Of a stretch of DNA of 50,221 nt, positions 8,470 through 19,471 are shown piece by piece. Position numbers and translations under genes: made by a program. The notes below the pieces were generated by a model that saw only the letters and a program-made list of their open reading frames with translations, did not search any database and had not been told where the DNA came from. This DNA is from Bacteroidales bacterium (GTDB taxonomy: Bacteria > Bacteroidota > Bacteroidia > Bacteroidales > VadinHA17), in NCBI GenBank assembly GCA_021163295.1, contig JAGGXD010000213.1, forward strand, positions 1 through 50,221, read 5' to 3'. Numbering within the stretch: the stretch's first letter is position 1; every line of letters begins with the position of its first letter.

Positions 8470-11400
8470 TTATTGTTTAAGGATCCGGTAAACCACAACA
8501 TTTTCATCAACATAGATAGTAAAAAGGTAAGGACCCGGAATTAAAGTATTTATCGGTATTTCTATTGTTTGAAATCCTTCCGGAACATAATATTTTTTTT
8601 CTAATATAACTTGCCCGGTAAGGTTCATTATTCGAACCAAAAACTCTCCCTCATCAGTTGTTTTAACCGAAAGATTAAGGAAATCTCTCGCCGGATTTGG
8701 AAATAAACTTATTTCTGTAAGCCAGTCTAATGGAACCTGCTTAAGACTGGTATGGTGGTCAATTAAAATAAAGACTGAGTCGTTATGGTAAGTAGTGTCT
8801 TCATCCAATTGCGTATAGCTTGAAATTGTATATGACTGGAAGTCAGAAAGATCAGCGGTTGATGAAAATATAAAAAGGATGCTATCACCTGCAGAAATTA
8901 GTGTATCAACAAAATCGCTTGTCAGGATTGAATCATTAATTGAATAAAATACCGGGAATTCTGATACGGAAATTGTTCCAAAATTACCAATCCATATGCT
9001 AACCGGTTCATCATTCGTATAATAGGTTTTTTGAGCAGGTAATGCAAAAGATAATACACCAACATCAATAGTCGGTATATTTTCAACTATTATTGTTAGA
9101 GTATCATTTCCACGGAAGTTATCCCTGGAAAGAATCGTGAAGATTTCAAACCTGTATTCTTTAAACAGTGAAAGATCGGCAGGAATTGAAAATGTATGTA
9201 GTAGAGAGCCGTAAGGATCCAAAACAGATCGTATTGTGTCAACAACTATATTTACACCATCAACCTTATATCCTGCATATAAAGAGTCAACAGGTTCTGA
9301 GCCAAAGTTTTTTATTTCTACAATAATATCTTCACTATTGGTAAGGTTCAGCCCTGACATGGGGGTTATCAACTGGCCTGGACCAATATTGAATTTTGTA
9401 AATGTATAATCGGGGAAAACAATAAAGTCAATCCATGCCTTGTCTTCTCCGCGGCTTACTGATCCATCCTTCATATATATCCACTGGAGTGTATGGTCGC
9501 CGGTGAAAAGTGGATATTCCTGCAGTGCCCAATTACTCACGCCCGACCATGCTTCAACCTGAACAGAATCAATATAAAATCTCAGAAAATCGTAATTATT
9601 TTCAGATGAGATTTTCCGGTAAAACGAGATAGTATCATCAGTAAATATTTCAAGTGACATGGATAGTTCCGATTTCCGGCTATGACTGATGGAGCCTGAT
9701 TGTGCTGTAAAACTTCCTTCATAGGGACTGGAAGAGACAATGGTCCAGGGATACAAACTGTCGTTTTTCCAGTTATACTGATAGAAGTCACCGCTTTCGA
9801 AACTTTCATATATTAGTCCTATGGGAAGATTGAATGAGTCTTTGGCTAAATAATTCTCTGAACCGGAACTAAGGTTAAATGTTGCAATTGTCCCCTGCGG
9901 AGCTGAAGAATCGATCTCTACGGTGAATAAAGCATATTTCGTTTCCGATTCCTTAAGTTCAGTAAAAATAAATGTTTCATTTTGAATAGCAACATAACTG
10001 TTTGATGTAATAAGTGAACTTGTAAGATCATATGTACTGCTATGTCCTATATTAGATATCTCAACCTGGATATCAGCTTTTTCTCCGGGGTCAAGCTTAT
10101 TATTCCCGTTTCCTTCTGCGATATCTAATATCTTTGTTTTACCAATTTCCAAAACAGGGGCATTTAACTTTATCCTGAAATATGAATCCCAATTATTTCC
10201 TGCGAAATCAGTAATTTCCAGATGCATGGTTGCCATATGCTGATCCGGAATACTATCCATTATTTTTATCTGAAAGGCATATTGGATAGTCGAATTAGTG
10301 TGTGCATTCACAGTTCCATATGATTCTATACTGTCCAGAAGTTGAATGAATAAATCCTTTGTAGATAGTTTTGTAATAACACCACCGGTATTTTCAGGAC
10401 CGGTATTTTCCAGAGTAAGAGTAATTCCTATTTTTTCTCCCCAATCAGCTAAATGATCGTAATTTCCGGCAGTGTCTTCCAAAATGTGATCCTTATAAGT
10501 AACGTAAGGACCATTATCCGCGACAATATTCAATGTGTCAATAAATGGTTTCCGGTTTTGTTTAGTAATTACCAGTTCAGCAAGTTTTACTGAGTCAACA
10601 GGCAGAAACTCGAGTATAGCAACACCTGATGCATCGGTGTAGGTTGCATCCAGTAATTTGCCGTCGATAGAAAGAGCAGCATAAGCATTTTGTTCGCATT
10701 GAAAATGAAGATTATAAATACCTACAGGCAATGTGTCCGGGACATTTACAACCATTGGATCAGGAACAGAAAAATATACCATTAACGAAGGGTCGCCTAA
10801 CATCGTATATATTTCCCAGTAATATTTACTACGTGTTGAATTACTTTCTGTAACAGCAAGATTCCCTGCATACATCATTTGCCCCTGGGTTGTGTACCAG
10901 TCTGTTTCCGGTTCCCCGTTATCATGAAAAACACGGTCGTACATTCCCAATCCGGTTTCTGCATATGTCGGGTTGGCTTTTATGGGCCCAATACCAACAG
11001 CCCAGTAATAGTCTTCATCCCAGTATGAGTCGTTTGTGCAACCCATGTATCCCAGGGCTCCTTTTTCTTTCGCCCTGACAAGTGCTTCACCTAAACAATT
11101 ACCCAATTGGAAAGTTGCAGTAGAGCAACCATTACCTATCATCAAAGGATATTTACTCAAATTTTTGAGGCTGTCAATATCACTGATGTTAAACTCCGGA
11201 TTTAACCATCGGTTAGATACTCCATGCCCTGTATAATTCACAAACCCGACACCATCGCTGATATTTTTTATTATACTATCGGAACTGCTTCCTGATTCCG
11301 GGTGAAGGTATGTGTGAGAGTTAATGCCATGAGCAGGGTTGAAATAATAGTTGGTTCCGTAGTTGATCTGGCCATTTCCCCAGACCGAGGCATAGGAGCC

Positions 11401-12582
11401 GTCTACACCTGCAATCATTACTGCCTCATCAAGAAATGAAGGGTCAGGAAACAGATATTGTTCATATTCCATGATCTTATTAATTTGCGGGATAAGTTCA
11501 GATGTGTCTCTGGCTGAAAGACGACCATAGAAAACATCAGGCAGATAGTCTCCATTACCATCATATTCCGCATAGTAAAGATCAGTTACCTGTCCTGATG
11601 ACTGAGATGCTGGTATTTGTTCAACATCACCGACAATCAATAAAAATGTTGGAGCAGGATTTTCAGGAGTCGCCGATACATAAATTCCTTTTAAGGTATC
11701 CTTCAATTCCTCACGGGTGGTGCCTGCACCGTTTTCTCCGGTGTATAACTCAATAACATTAAATCCTTTCCGTGTTTTCCATTTGATAAAAGGTTGAAGA
11801 ATATCGTGAAATATCGTATCTGAGAGGATGACATATTTAACGGGGCTTTCAGCTTCTGCACTTTTTGTCTCTTCTGTTTTGTAGCTGAGTATCTTGCTGA
11901 GAGTATTTTCAAATGCCCGGCTTTTATATTTATTTTTTAACATTTTATCCTGTTCTATATCGGGATTCTCAAAAACAATCTCAATATCAGCTTTATAAAT
12001 GACTTTCAATATATTGGAAACAGGATTATACCTAAATGGAGAGATCTGTAATCCGGCAATTCTTTGTCCCCGTATTTTTCCTTTTTCTTCTACTTTAATA
12101 AATTTATCCTTATTGAACCTGTTAAGAGAATAAAACGGTTTGTTAAATAAGAATTTAAGACTATCTGAACTTATTTGTTTTTGTCCGGATGGCTGTGATG
12201 GGAATATTTTGTTCTGTATGCCGTATTGTGCAAGTGGAATTTCTTTCTCTTTTATCGATTTTAGTACTATTCTTATTTCTGCTCCTGCCGGGATCTTTAT
12301 TAATTTGTTCAATTCCGGTAATTCCGGAAGCCCTTCATTATAGTTAGTCTGAAAACCTCCAACAACCAGTCTGATAAAGTCTCCTTCACCGGTGTTCACC
12401 GGAAGGAGATTATACGAGGATAATTTAAATTGTATTTTAAGAGAATTTATATTATTTGATATAATATCCAAGCCGGTTGCTTCAGGAACAAGGTTCACCC
12501 TGGTTGAAGTTTGGGCATAACTGTTCCAGACAAACAAACAGAAAAAAAGTATAAGAAACCCCCCGATCTTTACGACCCTCAT
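8470..12582 (-). CDS. Gingipain-like C25 cysteine peptidase with propeptide, Ig/CARDB-like modules and T9SS C-terminal domain
   Basis: Signal peptide; WKTRKGF, IVGD, TDLYY, GRLSA; catalytic His in NYTGHG and Cys in GNGCST; LGDPSL; C-terminal LFPNPA...NLTGQ...GPYL...RILKQ. Confidence 0.92.
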   Translation of the reverse strand: MRVVKIGGFLILFFCLFVWNSYAQTSTRVNLVPEATGLDIISNNINSLKIQFKLSSYNLLPVNTGEGDFIRLVVGGFQTNYNEGLPELPELNKLIKIPAGAEIRIVLKSIKEKEIPLAQYGIQNKIFPSQPSGQKQISSDSLKFLFNKPFYSLNRFNKDKFIKVEEKGKIRGQRIAGLQISPFRYNPVSNILKVIYKADIEIVFENPDIEQDKMLKNKYKSRAFENTLSKILSYKTEETKSAEAESPVKYVILSDTIFHDILQPFIKWKTRKGFNVIELYTGENGAGTTREELKDTLKGIYVSATPENPAPTFLLIVGDVEQIPASQSSGQVTDLYYAEYDGNGDYLPDVFYGRLSARDTSELIPQINKIMEYEQYLFPDPSFLDEAVMIAGVDGSYASVWGNGQINYGTNYYFNPAHGINSHTYLHPESGSSSDSIIKNISDGVGFVNYTGHGVSNRWLNPEFNISDIDSLKNLSKYPLMIGNGCSTATFQLGNCLGEALVRAKEKGALGYMGCTNDSYWDEDYYWAVGIGPIKANPTYAETGLGMYDRVFHDNGEPETDWYTTQGQMMYAGNLAVTESNSTRSKYYWEIYTMLGDPSLMVYFSVPDPMVVNVPDTLPVGIYNLHFQCEQNAYAALSIDGKLLDATYTDASGVAILEFLPVDSVKLAELVITKQNRKPFIDTLNIVADNGPYVTYKDHILEDTAGNYDHLADWGEKIGITLTLENTGPENTGGVITKLSTKDLFIQLLDSIESYGTVNAHTNSTIQYAFQIKIMDSIPDQHMATMHLEITDFAGNNWDSYFRIKLNAPVLEIGKTKILDIAEGNGNNKLDPGEKADIQVEISNIGHSSTYDLTSSLITSNSYVAIQNETFIFTELKESETKYALFTVEIDSSAPQGTIATFNLSSGSENYLAKDSFNLPIGLIYESFESGDFYQYNWKNDSLYPWTIVSSSPYEGSFTAQSGSISHSRKSELSMSLEIFTDDTISFYRKISSENNYDFLRFYIDSVQVEAWSGVSNWALQEYPLFTGDHTLQWIYMKDGSVSRGEDKAWIDFIVFPDYTFTKFNIGPGQLITPMSGLNLTNSEDIIVEIKNFGSEPVDSLYAGYKVDGVNIVVDTIRSVLDPYGSLLHTFSIPADLSLFKEYRFEIFTILSRDNFRGNDTLTIIVENIPTIDVGVLSFALPAQKTYYTNDEPVSIWIGNFGTISVSEFPVFYSINDSILTSDFVDTLISAGDSILFIFSSTADLSDFQSYTISSYTQLDEDTTYHNDSVFILIDHHTSLKQVPLDWLTEISLFPNPARDFLNLSVKTTDEGEFLVRIMNLTGQVILEKKYYVPEGFQTIEIPINTLIPGPYLFTIYVDENVVVYRILKQ

Positions 12583-12716
12583 TATTAACCCATTACCATT
12601 AACAAAGAAGTTGATTATATTTATGTTAGTAAATTATAAATATAATATATTTTTCCTTATTTTTATTAAGCTAAATTTGTAATGATAATTAATTAATATT
12701 ATTTCAACGCCACATC

Positions 12717-15700
12717 ATGAAAAGATTTTTAATAATTGCCGGAGTCTTTATTTTTTCTACACTATTTTCTTATACACAGGATGCTGTTGAAGTATACAGG
12801 AAAGGGCTCCCTTTTATAAAAAATTATTCTCCGGATGAAATAGGTGCAGGTGCTCAGAACTGGGCTGTTATAATGGATAATCGCGGTGTGATGTATTTCG
12901 GTAATGGAGATAATGGGGTTCTTGAATTTGATGGAGTGAACTGGAGAAACATTCCAATCTCAAATAATTCTATGGTTTTATCCTTAGGGATTGATGATTA
13001 TGGGACAGTGTATGTTGGAGCTATAGGTGAAATCGGATACCTGCAACCGGGAAATACAGGCGATCTTTATTATGAAAGTCTTATTAACAAAATTGATACC
13101 GCTTCCCGCAGTTTTACTACTGTACTGAAAACATTTTTTTTTGAAGATCATATATATTTTTGTAGTCTGCATTTGATTTTCAAATATTCTCCCGACACAG
13201 ATTCATTGACAGTTATTGATATTCCGGGCTTTGGTTTTAAGTATGGCTTTAAAAGCTTCCCTGTAAATAATCAGATATATCATGGAGATCATGAAGCGGG
13301 TTTACTTATACTTGATGCTGATTCATTCAGGGTTGCTAAAGGAGGTGACTACTTCAATGTGCATGCTATTATGGGGATGATACCCAGTGAAGATAATAAA
13401 ATCTGGATTGGATCTTATAAGAAAGGAATTGTATCATATGACCCGGAAACAGGGAATATTGAAGAAAATATTATATCTGCTGATGCAAATAATTATATTA
13501 AAGAAAGAGGGTTATCCCAGGTTATTCCACTGGGAAATGGCAGAGTGGGATTAGCCACTATAGATGGCGGATTTTTGATTGTTAATAACGAAGGTGAGAT
13601 TATCCAACAATTTGATAAAAGTAACGGGTTGCAGGATGAAATGGTATTTTCTTCATATGTTAACCATTCACAACCTTCTCAATCTCCTCTTTGGCTCGCT
13701 TTAGATATTGGTATTGCCAAGCTTGAAATTAACTCACCTTTAACAAAATTTACTGAATCATCCGGGTTTAAAAATAGTATTAATGATATTATTCAATATA
13801 AAGGAAAAATATTTATTTGTACCAGCTCAGGGGTATATTTTATGGAAGGTGATAGAACTGTCACCTTTCGAAAAGTTGACAATATTAATGGTCAAGCATG
13901 GTCGTTTCTGAAATTTGATGCCGGAGGAACGATTCCTGAGCGGCTTTTGGTTGGGAGTGGTGAGGGATTATTTGATATATCCGGGATAGAAGATGGGATC
14001 CTGATTGATAAGAATGTTGTAGGCAATATACCTCAAGAGCGAAAGTACTTTGTCTTTGAGTTAGCCGGGTCATCTATAAATGGAAACAAAATTTTTCTTG
14101 GCTTAAACACTTCATTTGTGATCCTTGAATACAAGAATGGAATTTGGTATCAAACATATGAAAAGAAATTCCACCAGGAAATCAGGTCGGTTACTGAGGA
14201 TGAAAAAAGTCGATTGTGGCTATGTTCCTCATTTGATGGAGTGAAAATGATGGATTTTTCAGATGGGGATACTGTTATCACTACTTTTACAACTGAAGAT
14301 GGATTACCAAGGAATGATAGAAATTTTATTTCAAAACTTGACAATAAAATCTATTTCATTACACAAGAAGGTCTGTATAGCTTTAATGAAACAAAGGAAA
14401 AATTTGAACCGGATTCGACTTTTGGCAGCAGGTATTCCAGTGGAGAGATAGAAATATTCCGTATGATCAAAGCTGCAAATGGTGATTTATGGTTCAGCCT
14501 GCAGGATGAAAACAGTAAGTGGGTTGAAGTTATGAAGAAGAATCCTGACGGAACCAATAAGCAGGATCTCTCTTTAAAAAGAATTCCTAATAAAGCAATT
14601 GATGCTATTTATAGTGATGATAAAGGAATTATTTGGATGGGAGTATCAAATGAACTTTATAAATATGACAGAGATTTTGAGAAGGATTTCTCAATACCTT
14701 ATAATACTTTAATTCGTCAGGTAAATATCGGCACAGACTCTGTTCTCTTTTACGGAACCAACTATTCTATTGCAGAAAATGGACAATTTCGTGTTGATTT
14801 ATCACAACCAGAGGAATTAGTTCAGGAGATAAAATACAAGTATAATAATTTTACTTTCCAATGGGCAGCACCATTTTTTGAACAGGAAGAGGCAACGTTA
14901 TACCGTTACTGGCTTGAAGGATATTCTGATGAATGGTCAAGATGGAATGAAAAAACAGATTTTACTTTTACAAACCTGCGGCAGGGCAATTATATATTCT
15001 ATGTTCAGGCTCTGAATACTTTCGGAATTGAAAGCAATCCTGCTTTGTACGAATTTTCAATATCGCCACCTTGGTACCAAACAGGTCTTGCTTATTTTAT
15101 CTATATAATAGTTGCTATAATAATTATTATAGTTATTGTTAATTTGTACACTCGCAGGCTTAGGAATGAGAATATCCGACTTGAAGGTATTATCTCTGAA
15201 CGGACTGCTGAAATACGAAAACAAAAAGAAGAGCTGGAAGATAGTATATTGTATGCCAGAAGGATACAAAGAGCCATGTTGCCATCGAAAGATATCCTGG
15301 AAGAGAATTTCCCAAACAATTTTATCTTATTTAAACCAAGGGATGTGGTTAGTGGCGACTATTACTGGATGGCAAAACGTGAAGGTAAAATGTTTATCGT
15401 TGCAGCAGATTGCACGGGACATGGTGTTCCGGGAGCTTTTATGAGTCTTTTGGGAATTTCGTTTTTGAATGAAATAATTGCAAAACCTGAGATTGAAAAA
15501 TCAGGTGAGATGCTTGATGCACTGCGGGAATACGTAATGACATCTCTTAAACAAACAGGGGAAGTGGAAGATGAAACTAAAGATGGAATGGATCTCGCAT
15601 TGATTATCCTGGATAAGCATAATAAAACTATTCAGTACTCAGGTGCTTACAATCCCCTGTATATGGTTCGGGAGCTTAATTCAGATGAGAAAACGAAATT

Positions 15701-16067
15701 GAAAAATGGTGATGAACTGGATTTATCAAAAGGCTCACTTAATAATGATGATTACCTTCTTGAACAAGTTAGTGCAGATAAGATGCCAATTGGTATCTCA
15801 TCAAAAAAATATGACCATTTTAGTCATACCGACCTTGAATTAAAACCCGGACTATCACTATATATGCTTTCTGATGGTTATGTTGATCAGTTTGGCGGAC
15901 CGCTTGGAAAGAAATACATGTCTAAAAAATTCAAGAAACTTATCCTTGATATTCAAGATAAGTCTATGGAGGAACAGGGAAAGATACTGGATGAAACTCT
16001 TATCGAGTGGATTGGGGAGCTGGACCAGATTGATGATGTTCTGGTGGTTGGGTTGAAAATGGATTAA
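12717..16067 (+). CDS. Periplasmic beta-propeller/Y_Y_Y sensor with TM helix and cytoplasmic SpoIIE/PP2C phosphatase
   Basis: Propeller repeats; YRYWLEG...FTNLRQGNYIFYV (Y_Y_Y); PPWY plus TM; RIQ, VSGDYY, DCTGHGVPGA, DGMD, SDGYVDQFGG and DD motifs. Confidence 0.9.
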   Translation: MKRFLIIAGVFIFSTLFSYTQDAVEVYRKGLPFIKNYSPDEIGAGAQNWAVIMDNRGVMYFGNGDNGVLEFDGVNWRNIPISNNSMVLSLGIDDYGTVYVGAIGEIGYLQPGNTGDLYYESLINKIDTASRSFTTVLKTFFFEDHIYFCSLHLIFKYSPDTDSLTVIDIPGFGFKYGFKSFPVNNQIYHGDHEAGLLILDADSFRVAKGGDYFNVHAIMGMIPSEDNKIWIGSYKKGIVSYDPETGNIEENIISADANNYIKERGLSQVIPLGNGRVGLATIDGGFLIVNNEGEIIQQFDKSNGLQDEMVFSSYVNHSQPSQSPLWLALDIGIAKLEINSPLTKFTESSGFKNSINDIIQYKGKIFICTSSGVYFMEGDRTVTFRKVDNINGQAWSFLKFDAGGTIPERLLVGSGEGLFDISGIEDGILIDKNVVGNIPQERKYFVFELAGSSINGNKIFLGLNTSFVILEYKNGIWYQTYEKKFHQEIRSVTEDEKSRLWLCSSFDGVKMMDFSDGDTVITTFTTEDGLPRNDRNFISKLDNKIYFITQEGLYSFNETKEKFEPDSTFGSRYSSGEIEIFRMIKAANGDLWFSLQDENSKWVEVMKKNPDGTNKQDLSLKRIPNKAIDAIYSDDKGIIWMGVSNELYKYDRDFEKDFSIPYNTLIRQVNIGTDSVLFYGTNYSIAENGQFRVDLSQPEELVQEIKYKYNNFTFQWAAPFFEQEEATLYRYWLEGYSDEWSRWNEKTDFTFTNLRQGNYIFYVQALNTFGIESNPALYEFSISPPWYQTGLAYFIYIIVAIIIIIVIVNLYTRRLRNENIRLEGIISERTAEIRKQKEELEDSILYARRIQRAMLPSKDILEENFPNNFILFKPRDVVSGDYYWMAKREGKMFIVAADCTGHGVPGAFMSLLGISFLNEIIAKPEIEKSGEMLDALREYVMTSLKQTGEVEDETKDGMDLALIILDKHNKTIQYSGAYNPLYMVRELNSDEKTKLKNGDELDLSKGSLNNDDYLLEQVSADKMPIGISSKKYDHFSHTDLELKPGLSLYMLSDGYVDQFGGPLGKKYMSKKFKKLILDIQDKSMEEQGKILDETLIEWIGELDQIDDVLVVGLKMD

Positions 16068-16075
16068 TTAAGGAT

Positions 16076-16107
16076 ATGAGGTGATGAGGAAATGGGGTGA
16101 TGCGGTG
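16076..16107. repeat. 8-mer tandem repeat (4 units)
   Basis: ATGAGGTG ATGAGGAA ATGGGGTG ATGCGGTG. Confidence 0.6.
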
Positions 16108-16134
16108 ATTATTTCGTAATATGTAACTCATAAT

Positions 16135-17175
16135 ATGACTGCTGAACAATGGGACCGGTTAATAAATATTATCAATGGCACCGGGAACAAGAATCCGGTT
16201 ACCGGTTTTATTGTAGATAGTCCCTGGATTCCCGGATGGTATGGAATTTCTGCTCTCGATTATTACTCGTCTGATGATCTCTGGTTTAAGTCAAACTTAA
16301 AAATCCACAAAACCTTTCCTGATATAATTTTTTTACCAGGTTTTTGGTCTGAATTTGGAATGATTGCTGAGTCTTCTGCCTTTGGTGCCCCTGTCGTATG
16401 GGAAAAGAGATCATTACCTTTCGTGAAAAAAATCATAAATTCTATTGAAGATATCAATTTGCTTAAGAAACCTGATTCCACCAAAGACGGACTCCTTCCG
16501 CTTATTACTAACAGGCTGAAACTTAACGAGGAGAAAATAAAAAGCTTTGGTCACTCTATTAAATTTGCTGTTACCCGCGGACCTCTGAACATTGCTTCAT
16601 ACCTTATGGGTGCCACCGAATTGATGTTGGCAATATCAATGCACCCGAAAAAAATTCACGAACTTATTGAACTAATTACCGATTTCCTTGAAGACTGGTT
16701 AAAATATCAGAAGGAATTGTTTCCTGGTATTGATGGTATATTTATTCTGGATGATATAGTTGGCTTTCTTGGAGAACACCATATAAAAGAGTTTTTTGTT
16801 CCTTACTTTAAAAATATTTTTAATGTTTTTGATGCAAGAATAAAGCTTTTTCATAATGATGCTCATGGTCTTGTTTGTGCACCTTATCTGGAAGAAACAG
16901 GTATTAATATGTTTAATTTTAGTTATAAACATTCCATACCGGATATGCAAGAGAGAGTGGGTAAGGAAATTGTGCTGGTTGGAAATATACCTCCCCGTGA
17001 TGTGCTGGCTGCAGGGTCTGTTCATGATGTAAAAAGTGCAGTTGAGAAAACATGGAAAACAGTGAATCGAAAGGAAAAAATAATCTGGTCGTGTGGCGGA
17101 GGAATGCCACAGGATATTTCAACTGAGAATATTTTGGCCTTTACGGAAACAATTAAAAAGCTTAATAATGAATAG
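16135..17175 (+). CDS. Uroporphyrinogen decarboxylase family protein (MtaA/CmuA-like branch)
   Basis: ESSAFGA, RGPLNIA, ILDD, FHND, GNIPP and SCGGG; lacks the HemE N-terminal RQAGR motif. Confidence 0.8.
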   Translation: MTAEQWDRLINIINGTGNKNPVTGFIVDSPWIPGWYGISALDYYSSDDLWFKSNLKIHKTFPDIIFLPGFWSEFGMIAESSAFGAPVVWEKRSLPFVKKIINSIEDINLLKKPDSTKDGLLPLITNRLKLNEEKIKSFGHSIKFAVTRGPLNIASYLMGATELMLAISMHPKKIHELIELITDFLEDWLKYQKELFPGIDGIFILDDIVGFLGEHHIKEFFVPYFKNIFNVFDARIKLFHNDAHGLVCAPYLEETGINMFNFSYKHSIPDMQERVGKEIVLVGNIPPRDVLAAGSVHDVKSAVEKTWKTVNRKEKIIWSCGGGMPQDISTENILAFTETIKKLNNE

Positions 17176-17205
17176 AACCCTTGATTAACATAAATTCAAT
17201 TTACA

Positions 17206-18030
17206 ATGAAACACAGGATTACTTTAATTTTATTAATAGTTTTGGCCCTGATGCAGGCGTGTTCCGGTCAGGCGAACACTGAAGAACCAAGGGTTTTGGT
17301 TTATACAAAAAATGGAGAAGGGTATGTTCATGATAATATACCTGCCAGTATAAAAGCAATACAACAACTTGGCAGGGAGAATGGTTTTCTTGTTGATGTT
17401 TCTGAAGATCCTGCTGATTTTACAAGGGAAAAACTTTCTGATTATCAGTGTCTGATCTTTTCTAATACCAATAACCAGGTTTTCGATACAGATGAACAAA
17501 GACTTGCACTGGTTCATTATATTGAAGCGGGAGGTGGTTTTGTGGGAATTCATTCTGCATGTGGATCTGAAAGAAACTGGCCCTGGTTCTGGGCTATGCT
17601 GGGTGGTAAATTCTATCGTCATCCTCCATTCCAGGAGTTTGATATCCGGGTTATTGATCATGATAATTCTGCTACAGGATTTCTGGACGATATATGGAAG
17701 TGGGAAGATGAATGTTATTACCTGGATAATATTAACCCTGATATCCATGTACTGCTTGCAGCAGACCTTACAACTATTGAAGACACTGAGAAAGATAAAT
17801 ACCCCGGAAAGATCTTTGGAGAATTATTTCCGCTTGCCTGGTATCATGAATATGATGGGGGAAGACAATTCTATTCAGCCCTGGGACACAAACCTGAACA
17901 TTATTCAGATCAGGTATATATAAAACATATTCTGGGTGGGATCACGTGGGTTCTCAAAGGAATTCCTGAACTGGATTATTCCAGGATACATACTGATTCT
18001 TTGACCTTTGACCAGATCGATAAAAATTAA
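17206..18030 (+). CDS. ThuA-like (class I glutamine amidotransferase fold) lipoprotein
   Basis: MQAC lipobox; GYVHDNI, GGGFVGIHSA, DECY and GRQFYSALGH motifs. Confidence 0.88.
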   Translation: MKHRITLILLIVLALMQACSGQANTEEPRVLVYTKNGEGYVHDNIPASIKAIQQLGRENGFLVDVSEDPADFTREKLSDYQCLIFSNTNNQVFDTDEQRLALVHYIEAGGGFVGIHSACGSERNWPWFWAMLGGKFYRHPPFQEFDIRVIDHDNSATGFLDDIWKWEDECYYLDNINPDIHVLLAADLTTIEDTEKDKYPGKIFGELFPLAWYHEYDGGRQFYSALGHKPEHYSDQVYIKHILGGITWVLKGIPELDYSRIHTDSLTFDQIDKN

Positions 18031-18045
18031 TAAAAAGTAAAAAAA

Positions 18046-19452
18046 ATGAAAAAGAAAACGGGTAAACATACACGACGAGAATTTGTTAAAACTTCTTTAG
18101 CAGGAATGGCTGGTGTTTTTATTCTGCCAACCATTATCCCATCATCTGTTTTTGGGAAAACTGCCCCATCTAATAAAATTAATATTGCCCAAATAGGTTT
18201 TGGACGTATTGTATCAACTCATGACCTTCCATTAACTATTAAACATGATATCGTACGTGTAATAGCAATAGCAGATGTTGACCGTAACCGTCTTGCACTA
18301 GGGAAGGAGTGGGTGCTGAACTATTATGAAGAAAAAAAGGGGAAGAAGAATTTTGTGGATGTTGCCTTATACCAGGATTACCGGGAAATGCTCCTTGACA
18401 AGAATATTGATGCAGTAATTATTTCAACACCTGATCACTGGCACGCTCAGCCGGCTATTGAAGCTGCTCTTGCCGGTAAGGATATATATCTGCAGAAGCC
18501 TGCATCATTAACAATAGAAGAGGGCAGGCAGATGAGTAATATTGTCGCTCGTACAGGACGTATTTTTCAACAGGGAAGTCAGCAAAGATCTGTTGACCCA
18601 TGGCCTCAGTTTAAAAAAGCATGCGAACTGGTTAGAAATGGCAGGATAGGAGATATCCATACTATATACATAGGTTTGCCCGGTGATCCCTCAGGACCGG
18701 AAGAACCGGAAATGCCTGTACCTGGAAACCTTGATTATAATATGTGGCTTGGCTCAACGCCATCTGTTTATTATACAGAGAAACGGGTTCATTCGCAAAC
18801 TGATATTACCAGCCGCCCGGGCTGGCTTAGATGTGAACAGTTTGGAGCAGGGATGATAACAGGATGGGGTGCTCATCATGTTGATACTGCACACTGGGGA
18901 ATGGGAACGGAGTATACCGGACCTGTTGAGATAGAAGGTAGTGCCGAGTTCCCGAAAAAAGGTTTGTGGAATGTACATGGAAATTTTAAAAACAGAGCTA
19001 AATATGCCAATGGTGTAATAATGCATCTTAGCGGTGATTATCCCAATGGGGTTAAGTTTATGGGTTCAGAGGGCTGGATCTTTGTGTCCAGGGGAGCTGT
19101 TCAGGTAACTTCATCCGATCCAACTGTTGGTAACACTAAACTTCAGGCACTGGACGCATCCAACAGGAAAATACTGGATTCGGTAATTGGACCAAACGAG
19201 ATACATCTCTATGATAGTCCTGAACAGCATAAAAACTGGATTGATTCGATAATCAGCAGGGAAGAAACAGTAGCGCCGGCAGAGATAGGACACCGCTCCT
19301 GTTCTGCCTGCCTTGTGAATCATATAGCGATGAAACTTCCGGGAAAACTTTACTGGGACCCTGAAAAAGAGTCTTTTATAGATAACGATGAAGCGAATTC
19401 GATGTTATCCCGTCCTCAGCGTTATCCTTTTGGAACTGGATTTGCTATTTAA
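18046..19452 (+). CDS. Gfo/Idh/MocA family oxidoreductase, Tat-exported
   Basis: TRREFV; STPDHWH, LQKP, GSQQRS, WGAHHVD. Confidence 0.9.
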   Translation: MKKKTGKHTRREFVKTSLAGMAGVFILPTIIPSSVFGKTAPSNKINIAQIGFGRIVSTHDLPLTIKHDIVRVIAIADVDRNRLALGKEWVLNYYEEKKGKKNFVDVALYQDYREMLLDKNIDAVIISTPDHWHAQPAIEAALAGKDIYLQKPASLTIEEGRQMSNIVARTGRIFQQGSQQRSVDPWPQFKKACELVRNGRIGDIHTIYIGLPGDPSGPEEPEMPVPGNLDYNMWLGSTPSVYYTEKRVHSQTDITSRPGWLRCEQFGAGMITGWGAHHVDTAHWGMGTEYTGPVEIEGSAEFPKKGLWNVHGNFKNRAKYANGVIMHLSGDYPNGVKFMGSEGWIFVSRGAVQVTSSDPTVGNTKLQALDASNRKILDSVIGPNEIHLYDSPEQHKNWIDSIISREETVAPAEIGHRSCSACLVNHIAMKLPGKLYWDPEKESFIDNDEANSMLSRPQRYPFGTGFAI

Positions 19453-19471
19453 TAATGATAGAAAGCATACA

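Noticed and set aside
16135-17175. hemE assignment
   Set aside because: The RQAGR motif is absent and there is no heme biosynthesis context.
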